Positions 1 through 9,492 of a DNA stretch of 64,000 nt are shown piece after piece. The translations under genes and the position numbers were made by a program. The notes under the pieces are model-generated. The model was not told the origin of the DNA. It saw only the letters and a program-made list of their open reading frames with translations, and ran no database searches. This DNA comes from Nitrospirota bacterium (lineage in GTDB: Bacteria > Nitrospirota > UBA9217). The DNA lies in assembly GCA_963751455.1 (NCBI GenBank), contig CAVVUN010000001.1:480001-544000 (forward strand). The letters run 5' to 3'. Numbering within the stretch: the first letter of the stretch is position 1; each line of letters opens with the position of its first letter.

Positions 1-525
1 GATCACGTCGCGTGCGCGCGTCATACGCTCGAGCGTCCTGCCCATTTCCTCGTACCAGAGCGCCATCTTGAGCCCGAAGGTGACCGGCTCCGCATGCACG
101 CCGTGCGAGCGCCCGATCATGACGGTATTTTTATGCTTGAGGGCTTTCTTTTTGAGCGTCTTGAGGAGCGTTTTGACATCATCGATAATGATGTCCGACG
201 CCTTTCGCATGAGCGATGCAAGCGAGGTATCAAGAACGTCCGATGAGGTAAGCCCGAGATGTATATAGCGGGATTCAGGGCCGACGTTTTCCCCGACTGC
301 GGTAAGAAAAGCGATGACATCGTGTTTCACGGTCTTTTCGAGTTCATCGACACGCCGGACGCTGAAGTCCGCATTTTTCTTGATCGCCGCGAGCGCCTTT
401 GCAGGGATCAATCCTAGTTTCGCGTTCGCCTCGCAGGCCAGGATTTCTACCTCAAGCCATGCGCGATATCTGTTCTCCGGTTCCCAGAGGCCGGCCATTT
501 GCGGCCTGCTGTAACGAGGGATCAT
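1..525 (-). CDS. purB: Adenylosuccinate lyase, 5' part (runs off window)
   Basis: Manual translation from ATG at 525: MIPRYSRPQMAGLWEPENRY...KHDVIAFL...IHLGLTSSDVLDT...MIGRSHGVHAEPVTFGLK. Not in the ORF track because it is truncated. Confidence 0.95.
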   Translation of the reverse strand, partial: MIPRYSRPQMAGLWEPENRYRAWLEVEILACEANAKLGLIPAKALAAIKKNADFSVRRVDELEKTVKHDVIAFLTAVGENVGPESRYIHLGLTSSDVLDTSLASLMRKASDIIIDDVKTLLKTLKKKALKHKNTVMIGRSHGVHAEPVTFGLKMALWYEEMGRTLERMTRARDVI

Positions 526-608
526 ATGTTCAGGCCTCCTGCTCTCAATGAAGCTTATTGCGCCCGTATCCGAACATTAATTTTCCTGCCGGCAAAAAAA
601 GAATCATT

Positions 609-1100
609 CTACGTTTGAATCAATTTCAATATCTTTTCATACATTGCCGCATCGGGAGCCAGCAAGCTGATATCTATCCCGCGCCCCCCCGCGCCTTCGC
701 CAAGGCCTTTGCGTAAAGCGGACACCGCGGTCTCGTACGGCATATCCGGCGAAGGCAAATATTCCAGGGCCGCGTCCGCAACTCCGGCGGATACGGCGGT
801 TCCAACTGCAGTCCTGGCCGCAGCGGCCACGGTCGAGGGAGAAAGCGCTTCACGCGGTCCCATTCCGACCATGAATATTTTTTGCGCCGGAACCTTTCCG
901 CCGGAGGTCACCAACGCCACATCACCCGTCGCTCCTGTCAATTTATTTTCCAGGATCAGGCGGGAAAGCGCGCCGCAAAGCAGCCAGTCAAGTTCGCCCG
1001 CAAGTCCTTTGAGCGGTCTGACATTTTCAAAAAATCCGACAATCAATGCCTCGGTATTGATTTTTTTTATGTCCTGCAGAACCACCCTCAAACCGGGCAT
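609..1100 (-). CDS. Stand-alone peptidase M17 (leucyl aminopeptidase) N-terminal-domain protein
   Basis: EALIVGFFENVRPLKGLAGELDWLLCGALSRLI...KIFMVGMG; no catalytic domain; likely start MPGLRV at 1100. Confidence 0.75.
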   Translation of the reverse strand: MPGLRVVLQDIKKINTEALIVGFFENVRPLKGLAGELDWLLCGALSRLILENKLTGATGDVALVTSGGKVPAQKIFMVGMGPREALSPSTVAAAARTAVGTAVSAGVADAALEYLPSPDMPYETAVSALRKGLGEGAGGRGIDISLLAPDAAMYEKILKLIQT

Positions 1101-1121
1101 CCCTTCAGCGGCTTTTTGCCG

Positions 1122-1210
1122 CAAATGCAAATTGAAAGTTCCAAATTGGAAATTGGAAATTTGTTGTTATGGCGGAGGCCATATATTTATTTGAATTTTG
1201 CACTTTGCAA
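1122..1210. repeat. Inverted heptamer tandem arrays (CAAATTG/GAAATTG ... TTTTGCA)
   Basis: gcaaatgcaaattgaaagttccaaattggaaattggaaattt ... atttgaattttgcactttgcaat; a single arm of the same family lies at 45836-45862. Confidence 0.75.
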
Positions 1211-1252
1211 TAGGGGGTTTCCCCCCTTTCAGGCTCTCCAGGTTTCCGGAGG

Positions 1253-1684
1253 TTAATCTTCTATCTTTCCCTCTTCAAGCTTGCCGGTGACCCGGGCAAC
1301 TTTATCGAGGATGCCGTTCACAAAGGCGCCGGACTCCTCGGTCCCGTACTTCTTGGCTATTTCTATGGCCTCATTGATGGTGACGCTCGTAGGAATATCG
1401 ATCCGATAAAAAATTTCGTAAACCGCCATTCTCAGCACATTCCGATCTACGACGGCCATGCGGTCGAGGCTCCAGTTTTTGGCATTTGAATGGATCAGAT
1501 CGTTTATCTTGGCGAGGTACTTATACGTCCCCTTGACGATTTCCTCGGCAAAAGCCTTGACTTCATCGTCCGGTTCCTGTTCAGCCCAGAAATGCTTCAG
1601 GACGGTAGCCGAAGGTTTTTCTTTTCTGATATCGAGTTGGAAGAGTATCTGAAGCGCATACTCCCTGGCCTTGCGTCGCTTCAT
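1253..1684 (-). CDS. nusB: Transcription antitermination factor NusB
   Basis: MKRRKAREYALQILFQ...DRNVLRMAVYE...INEAIEIAKKYG...FVNGILD. Confidence 0.97.
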   Translation of the reverse strand: MKRRKAREYALQILFQLDIRKEKPSATVLKHFWAEQEPDDEVKAFAEEIVKGTYKYLAKINDLIHSNAKNWSLDRMAVVDRNVLRMAVYEIFYRIDIPTSVTINEAIEIAKKYGTEESGAFVNGILDKVARVTGKLEEGKIED

Positions 1685-1691
1685 AAAGAGG

Positions 1692-1850
1692 ACCAGACCC
1701 CAAATGACAAGCACCAAGAAAAAATAAGCATCAAATGGTAAGCACTAAATCCGAAATAAGCGCCAATAATCAAGCGCCCGGTTCCAAACGTTCTGAAATC
1801 TGGACATTCGAGTTGGGACTTTATTTGGAATTTGGGATTTTGGAGATTTG
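1692..1850. repeat. Inverted heptamer arrays (CAAATGA/CAAGCAC/TAAATCC ... GGAATTT/GGATTTT)
   Basis: 7-nt periodic arms of opposite polarity filling the ribH-nusB spacer. Confidence 0.7.
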
Positions 1851-1865
1851 TTCTATGGAATTTTT

Positions 1866-2336
1866 TCATTTGCCCAGTTGTTTCATCAGATTTGCCATTT
1901 CGATTGCCGAAACCGCCGCGTCCCAGCCTTTGTTTCCGCTCTTTGTGCCGGCGCGCTCGATCGCCTGCTCGATGGTATCGGTCGTCAGCACGCCGAATAT
2001 GACGGGCAAACCGGTTTCCAGTGAGACCGCTGCAACACCCTTGCTGACTTCAGCGCTTACATATTCAAAATGAGGAGTGGCTCCCCGGATCACTGCTCCA
2101 AGGCAGATGACGGCGTTGTACTTTTTTGAGAGGGCCATGGTCCTCGCCGCCAGCGGAACTTCGTAAGACCCAGGCACCTTGGCGATTTCTATGTCGCCGT
2201 CCGCTACGCCGTGCCGCTGCAATCCGTCGAGGCAGCCGTCCAGCAGCCTGCTCGTAATAAAATCATTAAACCGTGCGGCAACGATGCCGAACTTGAGTCC
2301 CTTCGCTGAAAGATCTCCCTCAATCATTTTAGGCAT
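1866..2336 (-). CDS. ribH: 6,7-dimethyl-8-ribityllumazine synthase
   Basis: ARFNDFIT...VPGSYEVP...[15 protein letters not shown]...GNKGWDAA; start MPKMIEG at 2336. Confidence 0.97.
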   Translation of the reverse strand: MPKMIEGDLSAKGLKFGIVAARFNDFITSRLLDGCLDGLQRHGVADGDIEIAKVPGSYEVPLAARTMALSKKYNAVICLGAVIRGATPHFEYVSAEVSKGVAAVSLETGLPVIFGVLTTDTIEQAIERAGTKSGNKGWDAAVSAIEMANLMKQLGK

Positions 2337-2355
2337 GCGGTTCCTCCGTAAACAT

Positions 2356-2429
2356 TGGCATAGCGCATAGTGCATGGCGCATAGTTTAAAATTTTAACGC
2401 CTAGCACTATGCTCTTTGCGCTCTGCGCC
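2356..2429. repeat. Inverted heptamer arrays (GCGCATA ... TATGCGC family)
   Basis: tggcatagcgcatagtgcatggcgcatag ... ctagcactatgctctttgcgctctgcgcc; same family at 7987-8251, 35836-35909, 51414-51489 and inside carB. Confidence 0.85.
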
Positions 2430-2437
2430 TCATTGCA

Positions 2438-3643
2438 TCAGACTTTCTCCAGCATATGTCCTAGTTTGTTCTTTTTGACCTTGAGATAATGGATGTTTTT
2501 CGAGTGAGGGTGCATCTCGATCGGCACGCGCGCAACCACGCTCAGTCCGTACCCTTCGAGGCCGATGATCTTCTTCGGGTTATTGGTCAGGAGCTTTATC
2601 TTCCGGACGCCGAGATCGCGAAGTATCTGTGCGCCAACTCCGTAGTCCCTCAGGTCCGCCTTGAACCCGAGCGCAAGATTCGCCTCTACCGTGTCCTTGC
2701 CGTTGTCCTGAAGTTCGTATGCCTTGAGCTTGCCTTCGAGACCGATGCCGCGCCCTTCCTGCCGCATATAGAGAATAACGCCTTTGCCTTCTTCCTCAAT
2801 TATTTTCATCGCGTTATGAAGCTGTTCGCCGCAATCGCAGCGAAGCGAACCGAACACGTCGCCGGTCAGGCACTCGGAATGCACCCGGACAAGCACGTCG
2901 TCTTCTGGCTTGATTTCTCCCTTGACGAGCGCTATGTGGTTCATCCTGTCGATTTCGTTGCTGTAGAGGATGGCCGTAAAGTCCGATCCGTGGCTGGTCG
3001 GCATTTTCGTGACCGCCACCCTGCGGACGAGCGATTCTTTTCTGATACGATACGCAATCAGGTCCTTGACGGTAATGATCTTGAGATCGAATTTTTTTGA
3101 GAACTCGATGAGCTGCGGAACCCGGGACATGGTCCCGTCGTCGTTCATGATTTCGCAGATGACACCGGCCGGATACAGTCCGGCAAGCCGCGCGAGATCG
3201 ACGGAACCCTCGGTCTGGCCTGCACGCTGCAGAACGCCTCCCGGACGCGCCTTGAGCGGGAACACATGGCCCGGCCGCGCCAGGTCCTCGGGTCCGGATT
3301 TGGCATGAATCGCGGTCTTGATCGTCGTTGCCCGGTCTGCCGCTGAAATGCCGGTGGTCACGCCTTTCTTTGCCTCAACCGAGATCGTAAACGCGGTCCC
3401 GAACGAGGACGTATTGTCCGTCGTCATCATGGGCAGCTGCAGGTGCTCCACGCGTTCCGGAGTAAGAGAAAGGCAAATAAGCCCGCGCCCGTGCTTGGCC
3501 ATGAAATTGATCGCTTCCGGCGTTACGGCCTCGGCCGCCATCGTCAGATCTCCCTCGTTTTCCCGGTCCTCGTCATCTACGAGGATCACCATCTTGCCCT
3601 TCCGGATATCTTCGATGGCTTCTTCGATCGTATTGAACTTCAT
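2438..3643 (-). CDS. ribBA: Bifunctional DHBP synthase / GTP cyclohydrolase II
   Basis: [46 protein letters not shown]. Confidence 0.98.
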   Translation of the reverse strand: MKFNTIEEAIEDIRKGKMVILVDDEDRENEGDLTMAAEAVTPEAINFMAKHGRGLICLSLTPERVEHLQLPMMTTDNTSSFGTAFTISVEAKKGVTTGISAADRATTIKTAIHAKSGPEDLARPGHVFPLKARPGGVLQRAGQTEGSVDLARLAGLYPAGVICEIMNDDGTMSRVPQLIEFSKKFDLKIITVKDLIAYRIRKESLVRRVAVTKMPTSHGSDFTAILYSNEIDRMNHIALVKGEIKPEDDVLVRVHSECLTGDVFGSLRCDCGEQLHNAMKIIEEEGKGVILYMRQEGRGIGLEGKLKAYELQDNGKDTVEANLALGFKADLRDYGVGAQILRDLGVRKIKLLTNNPKKIIGLEGYGLSVVARVPIEMHPHSKNIHYLKVKKNKLGHMLEKV

Positions 3644-3658
3644 AAAATCACCCCATTC

Positions 3659-3755
3659 TGGACCAAGGCAACCGCCTGCACCCAGCGGTTACGAGTGGTA
3701 TCGCGAGTGCAGGGTGTGTTGCCGTTATCAACGCCGACATGGTCGGCTCGCTCCA
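3659..3755. repeat. TGGA-type REP doublet carrying a 42-bp micro-insert (3676-3717)
   Basis: tggaccaaggcaaccgc[insert]gttgccg...aacgccgacatggtcggctcgctcca; near-identical copy at 8616-8738, and a copy at 48091-48251 whose first hairpin is empty. Confidence 0.9.
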
Positions 3756-3762
3756 TAATTAA

Positions 3763-4401
3763 TTACGCAAATCCCGATTTCGTGAGCGTCTCCAGGCTGA
3801 CGCCTTCTGCGACCCTGCCGGACAGGAGTCGCTCAACGTACTTGCCGATGATGTCCGTCTCGAGGTTGACGCTGTCTCCCGCACCTTTGAAACCGAGCGT
3901 CGTCAGCTTTGCAGTATGGGGAATCATCGCAATCGAGAATACGCCTTTATCGACATCCGCAACCGTGAGACTGATCCCGTCGACTGCTATGGAACCCTTT
4001 TTAATAATTGTCCTGAGTGAGGCGTCGGGAGCTTCAATGAAAATACGCCAGGAATTGCCTTCCTGCCTTTTCTCTTTAACTCGACCGACCGCATCCACAT
4101 GACCCGTTACCAGATGACCGCCGATCCTGGCCGAAAGCCGCAGCGCCCTTTCCAGGTTAACCTGCTTCCCGACGGCAAGCTCTCCAAGGTTCGTCACCTT
4201 GAGCGTTTCGAGCGCAACATCGGCTGAGAAATCCCCTTTGCCCAGTTCCACAACCGTCAGGCAGACGCCGTTCACGCATATGCTCTCGCCGATCCCCGTC
4301 CCTTCAAGCACAAGCGAAGCCGAAACCGTAAGACGGGCTGCGCCGGCCTCACGCCTGAGCATTTTTACGCTTCCCATCTCTTCAATGATGCCGGTGAACA
4401 T
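3763..4401 (-). CDS. ribE: Riboflavin synthase
   Basis: MFTGIIEE, SICVNGVCLTV, VNLERAL, GGHLVTGHVD, KGSIAVDGISLTV. Confidence 0.97.
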   Translation of the reverse strand: MFTGIIEEMGSVKMLRREAGAARLTVSASLVLEGTGIGESICVNGVCLTVVELGKGDFSADVALETLKVTNLGELAVGKQVNLERALRLSARIGGHLVTGHVDAVGRVKEKRQEGNSWRIFIEAPDASLRTIIKKGSIAVDGISLTVADVDKGVFSIAMIPHTAKLTTLGFKGAGDSVNLETDIIGKYVERLLSGRVAEGVSLETLTKSGFA

Positions 4402-4444
4402 TTATCCTCAAGGTTTCCGTCTATTACGCTACACAGATGACCTG

Positions 4445-5170
4445 CTACTTCCCAAGCGGAAGCAATACGATCTCGATCCTTCGGTTCTTGTGTTTCCCCT
4501 CGTCGGTGTCATTCGGGGCGATAGGCTGATATTCCGAATACCCGGTGGCCGAGAGCAGGCGAGGATCGATTCCCCCCGCTTCCTGGAGATACCGGACCAC
4601 TTCGGTTGAGCGGGCCGTTGAAAGTTCCCAGTTTGTTGGGAACCGTTTCTTTATCTGACTTACGATCTGGACGTTGTCCGTATGGCCTTCGATCTGGATT
4701 CTCTTGTCCTTGACGTCCTTGAGGATGCTGACGACCTTGTCCAGCACTTTCCTGCCCGCTTTACTGATCTCGGCGCTTCCCGAAGGGAAGATAATCTTGT
4801 CGACCATGGTCATGGTCAGACGGTTTTTCATCTCGGTGATCTGCACCTGGCCTTCCTCGATTTCCTTCTCCAGTTTTTTCGTCAGGTCCTGGTATGTCTG
4901 GGTGGCTCTCTCAAGCTGGACCGCTTTTTCGGCCTGCTCGGTCAATTCGTTTATTTTTGCCTGGAGTGCGTCTCTCTCCTGCCGGGCTGCTTCATTGTCC
5001 TTCTTTAGCGCGTTCATCTCCGCAGTCAAGTTAACAACCTGCTCCTGCAGGGAATCAGTCTGCGACGACAGCAATTCGGCTTCCTTGGCTTTCGTATCAT
5101 ACGTACCCTGCGATACGCAGCCAACAAGCAGCAACATGGCAAACAAAGGAAAAACAATGGTTTTTCGCAT
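4445..5170 (-). CDS. OmpA/MotB-family lipoprotein with coiled-coil stalk
   Basis: Lipobox LLVGC, coiled coil, IEGHTDN, NWELSTARS, NRRIEI. Confidence 0.9.
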   Translation of the reverse strand: MRKTIVFPLFAMLLLVGCVSQGTYDTKAKEAELLSSQTDSLQEQVVNLTAEMNALKKDNEAARQERDALQAKINELTEQAEKAVQLERATQTYQDLTKKLEKEIEEGQVQITEMKNRLTMTMVDKIIFPSGSAEISKAGRKVLDKVVSILKDVKDKRIQIEGHTDNVQIVSQIKKRFPTNWELSTARSTEVVRYLQEAGGIDPRLLSATGYSEYQPIAPNDTDEGKHKNRRIEIVLLPLGK

Positions 5171-5268
5171 CCGCTCCTCCTATTTACTTCATGATTGTGA
5201 CAGTACCGTAGAGCAGGGTTATAATAACTTCAGTCCCTTTTATTGTCAAGAATATTGTAGAAAAAGAA

Positions 5269-5862
5269 CTACTTATCTTCTTTAAAGCACGGAATGCAAA
5301 CGACCGTTCCGTTTTTCTCGCGTCCGCGCGACTCCATAAGTTTCTCGCCGCAGGAAGCACAGCGGATCGAGCGCCGGATCTTGGCCTCTTGCGGAGGGGG
5401 CGCGTCTGTGCGTGAAATGGTCATAATCTCTTTTTCATCGGCGTTCAGTATCGCAGTCGCCTTTTCCATCATGTACGCCTGCTTATCGCGCGAAACGTCC
5501 TCTCCCGCGTCCTGCCGTTTTTTCAGCTCGGCAAACCTGCTGTCCGCTTCAAACCCCCGGTAGTCCTCGGAAATGCGCACTCCCCGTCCTGTTCGCCGAT
5601 TGAAGAACGAGTAGACGTGCTTTCCATAGTCCCGGAAAATGAAATTTCCCTTTCCGAACGTCGCTCCCGTTATAAATTGTATTGCATCGGCGGCGCAGGA
5701 GTCGTTCTCCACGACTGCCACAAGCTCCTCGTCATGCGGCCGCTCCGCCCCGAGCTCGCGGAGAGCCGCCTTTGCCACCCGATAGCCGAGGGAAAGACCC
5801 GGGCAGAGGTGGCCGTGGAACTGGATGGTCTCTCTTAAATCGGAGTCGTTGATGTTTGCCAT
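5269..5862 (-). CDS. FmdE-family (formylmethanofuran dehydrogenase subunit E-like) metal-binding protein
   Basis: FHGHLCPGLSLGYR, ENDSCAADAIQ, TFGKGN, C-terminal CASCGE...CIPC zinc finger. Confidence 0.9.
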   Translation of the reverse strand: MANINDSDLRETIQFHGHLCPGLSLGYRVAKAALRELGAERPHDEELVAVVENDSCAADAIQFITGATFGKGNFIFRDYGKHVYSFFNRRTGRGVRISEDYRGFEADSRFAELKKRQDAGEDVSRDKQAYMMEKATAILNADEKEIMTISRTDAPPPQEAKIRRSIRCASCGEKLMESRGREKNGTVVCIPCFKEDK

Positions 5863-5877
5863 TAAATCTCCTTAATT

Positions 5878-5996
5878 AGCCATGGATAAACACGAATTAC
5901 ACGGATTAAACCGAATATTTCAATGTCGTATGTTTTAATAACGGCGAAAATAGACAAAGAAAAGCTTTTTCCGTGGCATCCGTGCAAATCCGTGGC
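5878..5996. repeat. Inverted 9-mer arrays (CACGGAT.. / ATCCGTG..)
   Basis: gccatggataaacacgaattacacggat ... tccgtggcatccgtgcaaatccgtggc; same family at 17566-17826. Confidence 0.8.
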
Positions 5997-6007
5997 AAAA
6001 TACCCGC

Positions 6008-7099
6008 TTATTTCCTCAGGACGAGCTTCGCCGCCAGGATCGCCTTTGCCCGCTTCAAGTGGCTTTTGACCGTGTCGCTGTCTTCTATGGCGAGATGGAT
6101 CTCCTTTGCCACTTCCTCTTCTCCGGCGTGACTCGCCTTGCCGGCCCACATCCGGTAGCTCTCAACGTGGCTGTCCTCATGTTCGATCCAGTGCTCAAGC
6201 ATGGTCTGCAGTTTCCGCAAATCTTCGATACCGTGGCCCGTATGGGCGTGGTCAGCGGGGTGCTTGTGATTTTCGTGCATGGAACCTCCATTTTCATGAT
6301 AGTGGCCGTAGTGCCCATGCCTGTGAACATGAGCGCTGTCTCCGTGGCGGTGCGCGTGCTCATGAATGAGATTGACCTTGAGCAGCAGTTCTTCATTCGA
6401 GATGATGTCGGAAAACCGTCCATCCGCAGCCACGGAATGGTCCTCGGATAAAACAACGGCCCGGTCCGCGATATCTCCGGCAATCGAAAGGTCATGGGTC
6501 GCCGAGATAATGGTTTTTCCCTGTCCGTGCAACTCCTCCAAAAGCTCGATCAGCCAGACCTGGGTCCGGGGATCCAGACCGTTTGTCGGTTCGTCAAGGA
6601 GCAGTACATCGGGATCGACGGCAAGACTTGACGCGATCGCGACTTTTTTTTTCTGCCCGTCGGACAGCGCATGCGGCGCGCGGTCGCGTATATCGACGAT
6701 CCGGAGCAACTCCAGCAATTTTTCCACAGTTGCCTGTATCCGGTCAGGGGGGTATCCCAACTGGAGCGGGCCGAAAGCGATATCGTCCCAGACTGTCGCG
6801 GAGAAAAGCTGAATATCGGGGTTCTGGAACACAAAGGCGACCCTTTTCCGGAAGTCAGCCGAAAAATTTCCGTCTTCCAGCGCATCCTCGGTCAGGGCTT
6901 TTCCGAAGGCGAGAATAGTTCCCGCTTTCGGAAATACGAGCCCGTCGAGCATGGTCAGCAGTGTGGATTTTCCCGTGCCGTTCGAACCGAGAATAACCGT
7001 CCGTTCGCCCGCCCCAAATTCAAGATTAACATCGCTCAGGACGGGCCCTGAATCCGGATAGGAATAAAAAAGGTTTTTCACGCTGAAAACGGCCGTCAT
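6008..7099 (-). CDS. ECF Ni/Co transporter ATPase (NikO/CbiO) with His-rich tail; the C-terminal 90 aa (6008-6280) is probably a separate gene
   Basis: Walker A GSNGTGKST, LSDGQKK, LLLDEP; internal GGAGG-N4-ATG at 6280. Confidence 0.85.
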   Translation of the reverse strand: MTAVFSVKNLFYSYPDSGPVLSDVNLEFGAGERTVILGSNGTGKSTLLTMLDGLVFPKAGTILAFGKALTEDALEDGNFSADFRKRVAFVFQNPDIQLFSATVWDDIAFGPLQLGYPPDRIQATVEKLLELLRIVDIRDRAPHALSDGQKKKVAIASSLAVDPDVLLLDEPTNGLDPRTQVWLIELLEELHGQGKTIISATHDLSIAGDIADRAVVLSEDHSVAADGRFSDIISNEELLLKVNLIHEHAHRHGDSAHVHRHGHYGHYHENGGSMHENHKHPADHAHTGHGIEDLRKLQTMLEHWIEHEDSHVESYRMWAGKASHAGEEEVAKEIHLAIEDSDTVKSHLKRAKAILAAKLVLRK

Positions 7100-7967
7100 A
7101 CCAGTCCCTTCTCGAACATGATGAGTATACCACCGAACAAAAGCACTGTCACCAGCCAGATATAATCCGCCGGCGCAGGATGAAAGCGGCTGATCGAACG
7201 AAATTCTCCCCGAAAGCCGCGTGACAGCATTGCCCGGTAGATGTCCTCGCTCATGTCCAGCGATTTTCTGAAAGTCACCCCGATGCGGGACGCTGTCCAG
7301 TTTCTCTCCTCGCTCCCCGAAAGCGGCCTGATAGTCCTGCTTTTTCTCGCCCGGTACATGTCCTGCACAAGACGGAGGAACACAAAAAGGTATCGGTACG
7401 TCATACTCAACGTCACGATGAAAACACGGGGAACGAATAAAGAACGGAGACCGGAGAAAACATCACCCCATCTGGTCGTAAGCGTAAAGAGGACCGCGAA
7501 CGAGACGGAAGCGGCCACGCGGGAAACGAAGACAATGCCGCCCCATACACCCTGCCTGGTCACCGTTATTGCTGCCGGGATCGTGTAGGGTCCCCAGGTG
7601 CGCTCATACCCGAGATCTACCAGCCTCCAAGATCGTCGCCGGGCGTGACAATATTCAATGCCGCCGGCAGGACGATCATCGCAGAGAAGAGGGGCACGAA
7701 CAGCCAGACCCGTTTGAGGATCAACCCGATCGGTACTCTGGAAAGCGCTGCAAGCAGGACGCTCAGTCCGTAGAACATCCATAGTATTCCGACAGTGTGA
7801 CTGACGCTGATAAGAACGAGGATAAACACAAAGGTAACCAGCTTGATCCTGACATCAAGCGCCTGCAGAAAACCGCTTTTATAGGCATACGCTTCGGAAA
7901 GAAGCGACTGCTTTGCGACGTTTGCAACGGCCAACAAGGTTTTATCAAGAAATCGCGCTTTAGACAA
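7096..7967 (-). pseudogene. ECF transporter T component (NikQ/CbiQ), frameshifted near 7629
   Basis: Two overlapping ORFs; adding one T (CTT-TGG) joins ...TPGDDL to WRLVDLG...; C-terminal YRAMLSRGF motif. Probably an assembly indel. Confidence 0.8.
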
Positions 7968-8007
7968 AATAAACTCCGAAAGAAGCCGCCTAGAGCAGAG
8001 CGCCTAG

Positions 8008-8205
8008 TGTAGTGTCTCACAAACGACTGGTGTTATCAGCAAGGCTAAAGCCTTGCCCTACAAGTTTGGCTGCGGCGTACTGCTGCGCTATGCCGGAACA
8101 GCAGCAACCCTAAAGGGTCGCCCTACAAATTCATCAGCAAATATTTATGCGAAGATAAGTTTTCGATGAAATTATCATAACACCGTCCATTTAAGAGACA
8201 CTACA
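8008..8205. mobile_element. MITE with TGTAGTGTCTC terminal inverted repeats and CTAG on both sides, containing two GTAG-type REPs, inserted into a heptamer array
   Basis: ctag|tgtagtgtctcacaaacgactggtgttat ... ataacaccgtccatttaagagacactaca|ctag. Confidence 0.85.
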
Positions 8206-8277
8206 CTAGCGCAAAGCATAAATTTTCTACGCCATGCGCCATGCGCTATGCCGGCTTACCGTGCGTCATGCGTCTTA

Positions 8278-8613
8278 TCATTTACGGTCTTTACGGCCTA
8301 GCACCTTCGCGAGCAAGTAGGCCAGACCCGCAGCGGCCGCAATGCCGAGAAGTGCGGTAAAAACGTAACCGAAGCTTCTGTGGACAAGGCCCTGCCCCTG
8401 CCCCGGAACTTCATAGCCCTGAAGAGGTGACTTCCATGCATCGGCAAGCTTTCTCATGCCCTCCGGAATGTATCCCGTTATCTTTTTTAACTCCTCGGCG
8501 CTCCACTCACCCCATGCTCCGCCTGCATTAAACAGCGCGGGCAGAATCAGGCCGACTGGCGAAAGAATCGCCAGGATAAGGATCCCTATCCAAAGCTTTT
8601 TCGTTATCTTCAT
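8278..8613 (-). CDS. PDGLE-domain NikN/CbiN-like ECF membrane component
   Basis: MKITKKLWIGILILAILSPVGL...AWGEWSAEEL...W.SPLQGY; the ORF-track upstream extension is repeat sequence. Confidence 0.8.
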   Translation of the reverse strand: MKITKKLWIGILILAILSPVGLILPALFNAGGAWGEWSAEELKKITGYIPEGMRKLADAWKSPLQGYEVPGQGQGLVHRSFGYVFTALLGIAAAAGLAYLLAKVLGRKDRK

Positions 8614-8615
8614 TT

Positions 8616-8738
8616 TGGACCAAGGCAACCGCCTGCACCCAGCGGTTACGAGTGGCATCGCGAGTGCAGGGTGTGTTGCCGTCCCATTGACCATCTGAAA
8701 TTCATAAACTAAAACGCCGACACGGTCGGCTCGCTCCA
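8616..8738. repeat. TGGA-type REP doublet with 42-bp micro-insert (8633-8674)
   Basis: Near-identical to 3659-3755, with a longer spacer. Confidence 0.9.
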
Positions 8739-8741
8739 TAT

Positions 8742-9410
8742 TTATCCCAGCATCCCGGGCTCATTTTTCTGAATATATCTCAATACAAGCATTGTTACCA
8801 CGGCCTCGACCAAACCGAACAGGACCAGGTGCCCTGCAAGAACAGCGGGCACCGTGACCGAGAGAGGATATGGCGCATACAAGGGCTGCCCCGTCGAAGA
8901 CTTTTCGATCAGGGGCTGTATGCCGAGCTGAACAGCGGTCAAAAGAGCCGACATATTGAGGCTTAGATAGGACGCGACTGCGGCTGAAACCAGCCGTCTT
9001 TTACTCCCGGCATCCGATCCGGCGGCAATCAGTCTATAGATGCCGTATCCGGTCAGGCTTCCGGTAACTGCAATATTGAAGCAATTCGCCCCTATTGCGG
9101 TTATTCCTCCGTCGCCGAAAAGCAGCGCCTGAATGACGATTGCAACGGAAACCGAGATTACTGCGGCCCACGGCCCCAGTAGTATGGCGATGAGAGCGGC
9201 ACCCGTCGCGTGACCGGTGGTTCCTCCGAGCATCGGGAAATTGAACATCATGATCACGAAGCTGAAAGCCGCCCCGAGCGCCAGATACGGCGCCTGCCTG
9301 GCCTTCAGTGTTTTCTGCAATTTGCGGGATGCTGTCACCCAGAACGGAACTGTAAGGATGAACATCGACCCGTATGTTGCCGGTCCGAGATAACCGTCAG
9401 GAATGTGCAC
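8742..9410 (-). CDS. ECF Ni/Co transporter S component (NikM/CbiM)
   Basis: GTG start giving the MHIPDGYL metal-binding N-terminus; GGTTGH; ALLFGDGGITAIGAN. Confidence 0.93.
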   Translation of the reverse strand: MHIPDGYLGPATYGSMFILTVPFWVTASRKLQKTLKARQAPYLALGAAFSFVIMMFNFPMLGGTTGHATGAALIAILLGPWAAVISVSVAIVIQALLFGDGGITAIGANCFNIAVTGSLTGYGIYRLIAAGSDAGSKRRLVSAAVASYLSLNMSALLTAVQLGIQPLIEKSSTGQPLYAPYPLSVTVPAVLAGHLVLFGLVEAVVTMLVLRYIQKNEPGMLG

Positions 9411-9492
9411 GTTCAACCTCTCTTAGAAGTGTCAGAGTATAAGAGTATCAGCGTGTAGACCTGACAGCGTGTCAATTTACTACGCTTTAACT

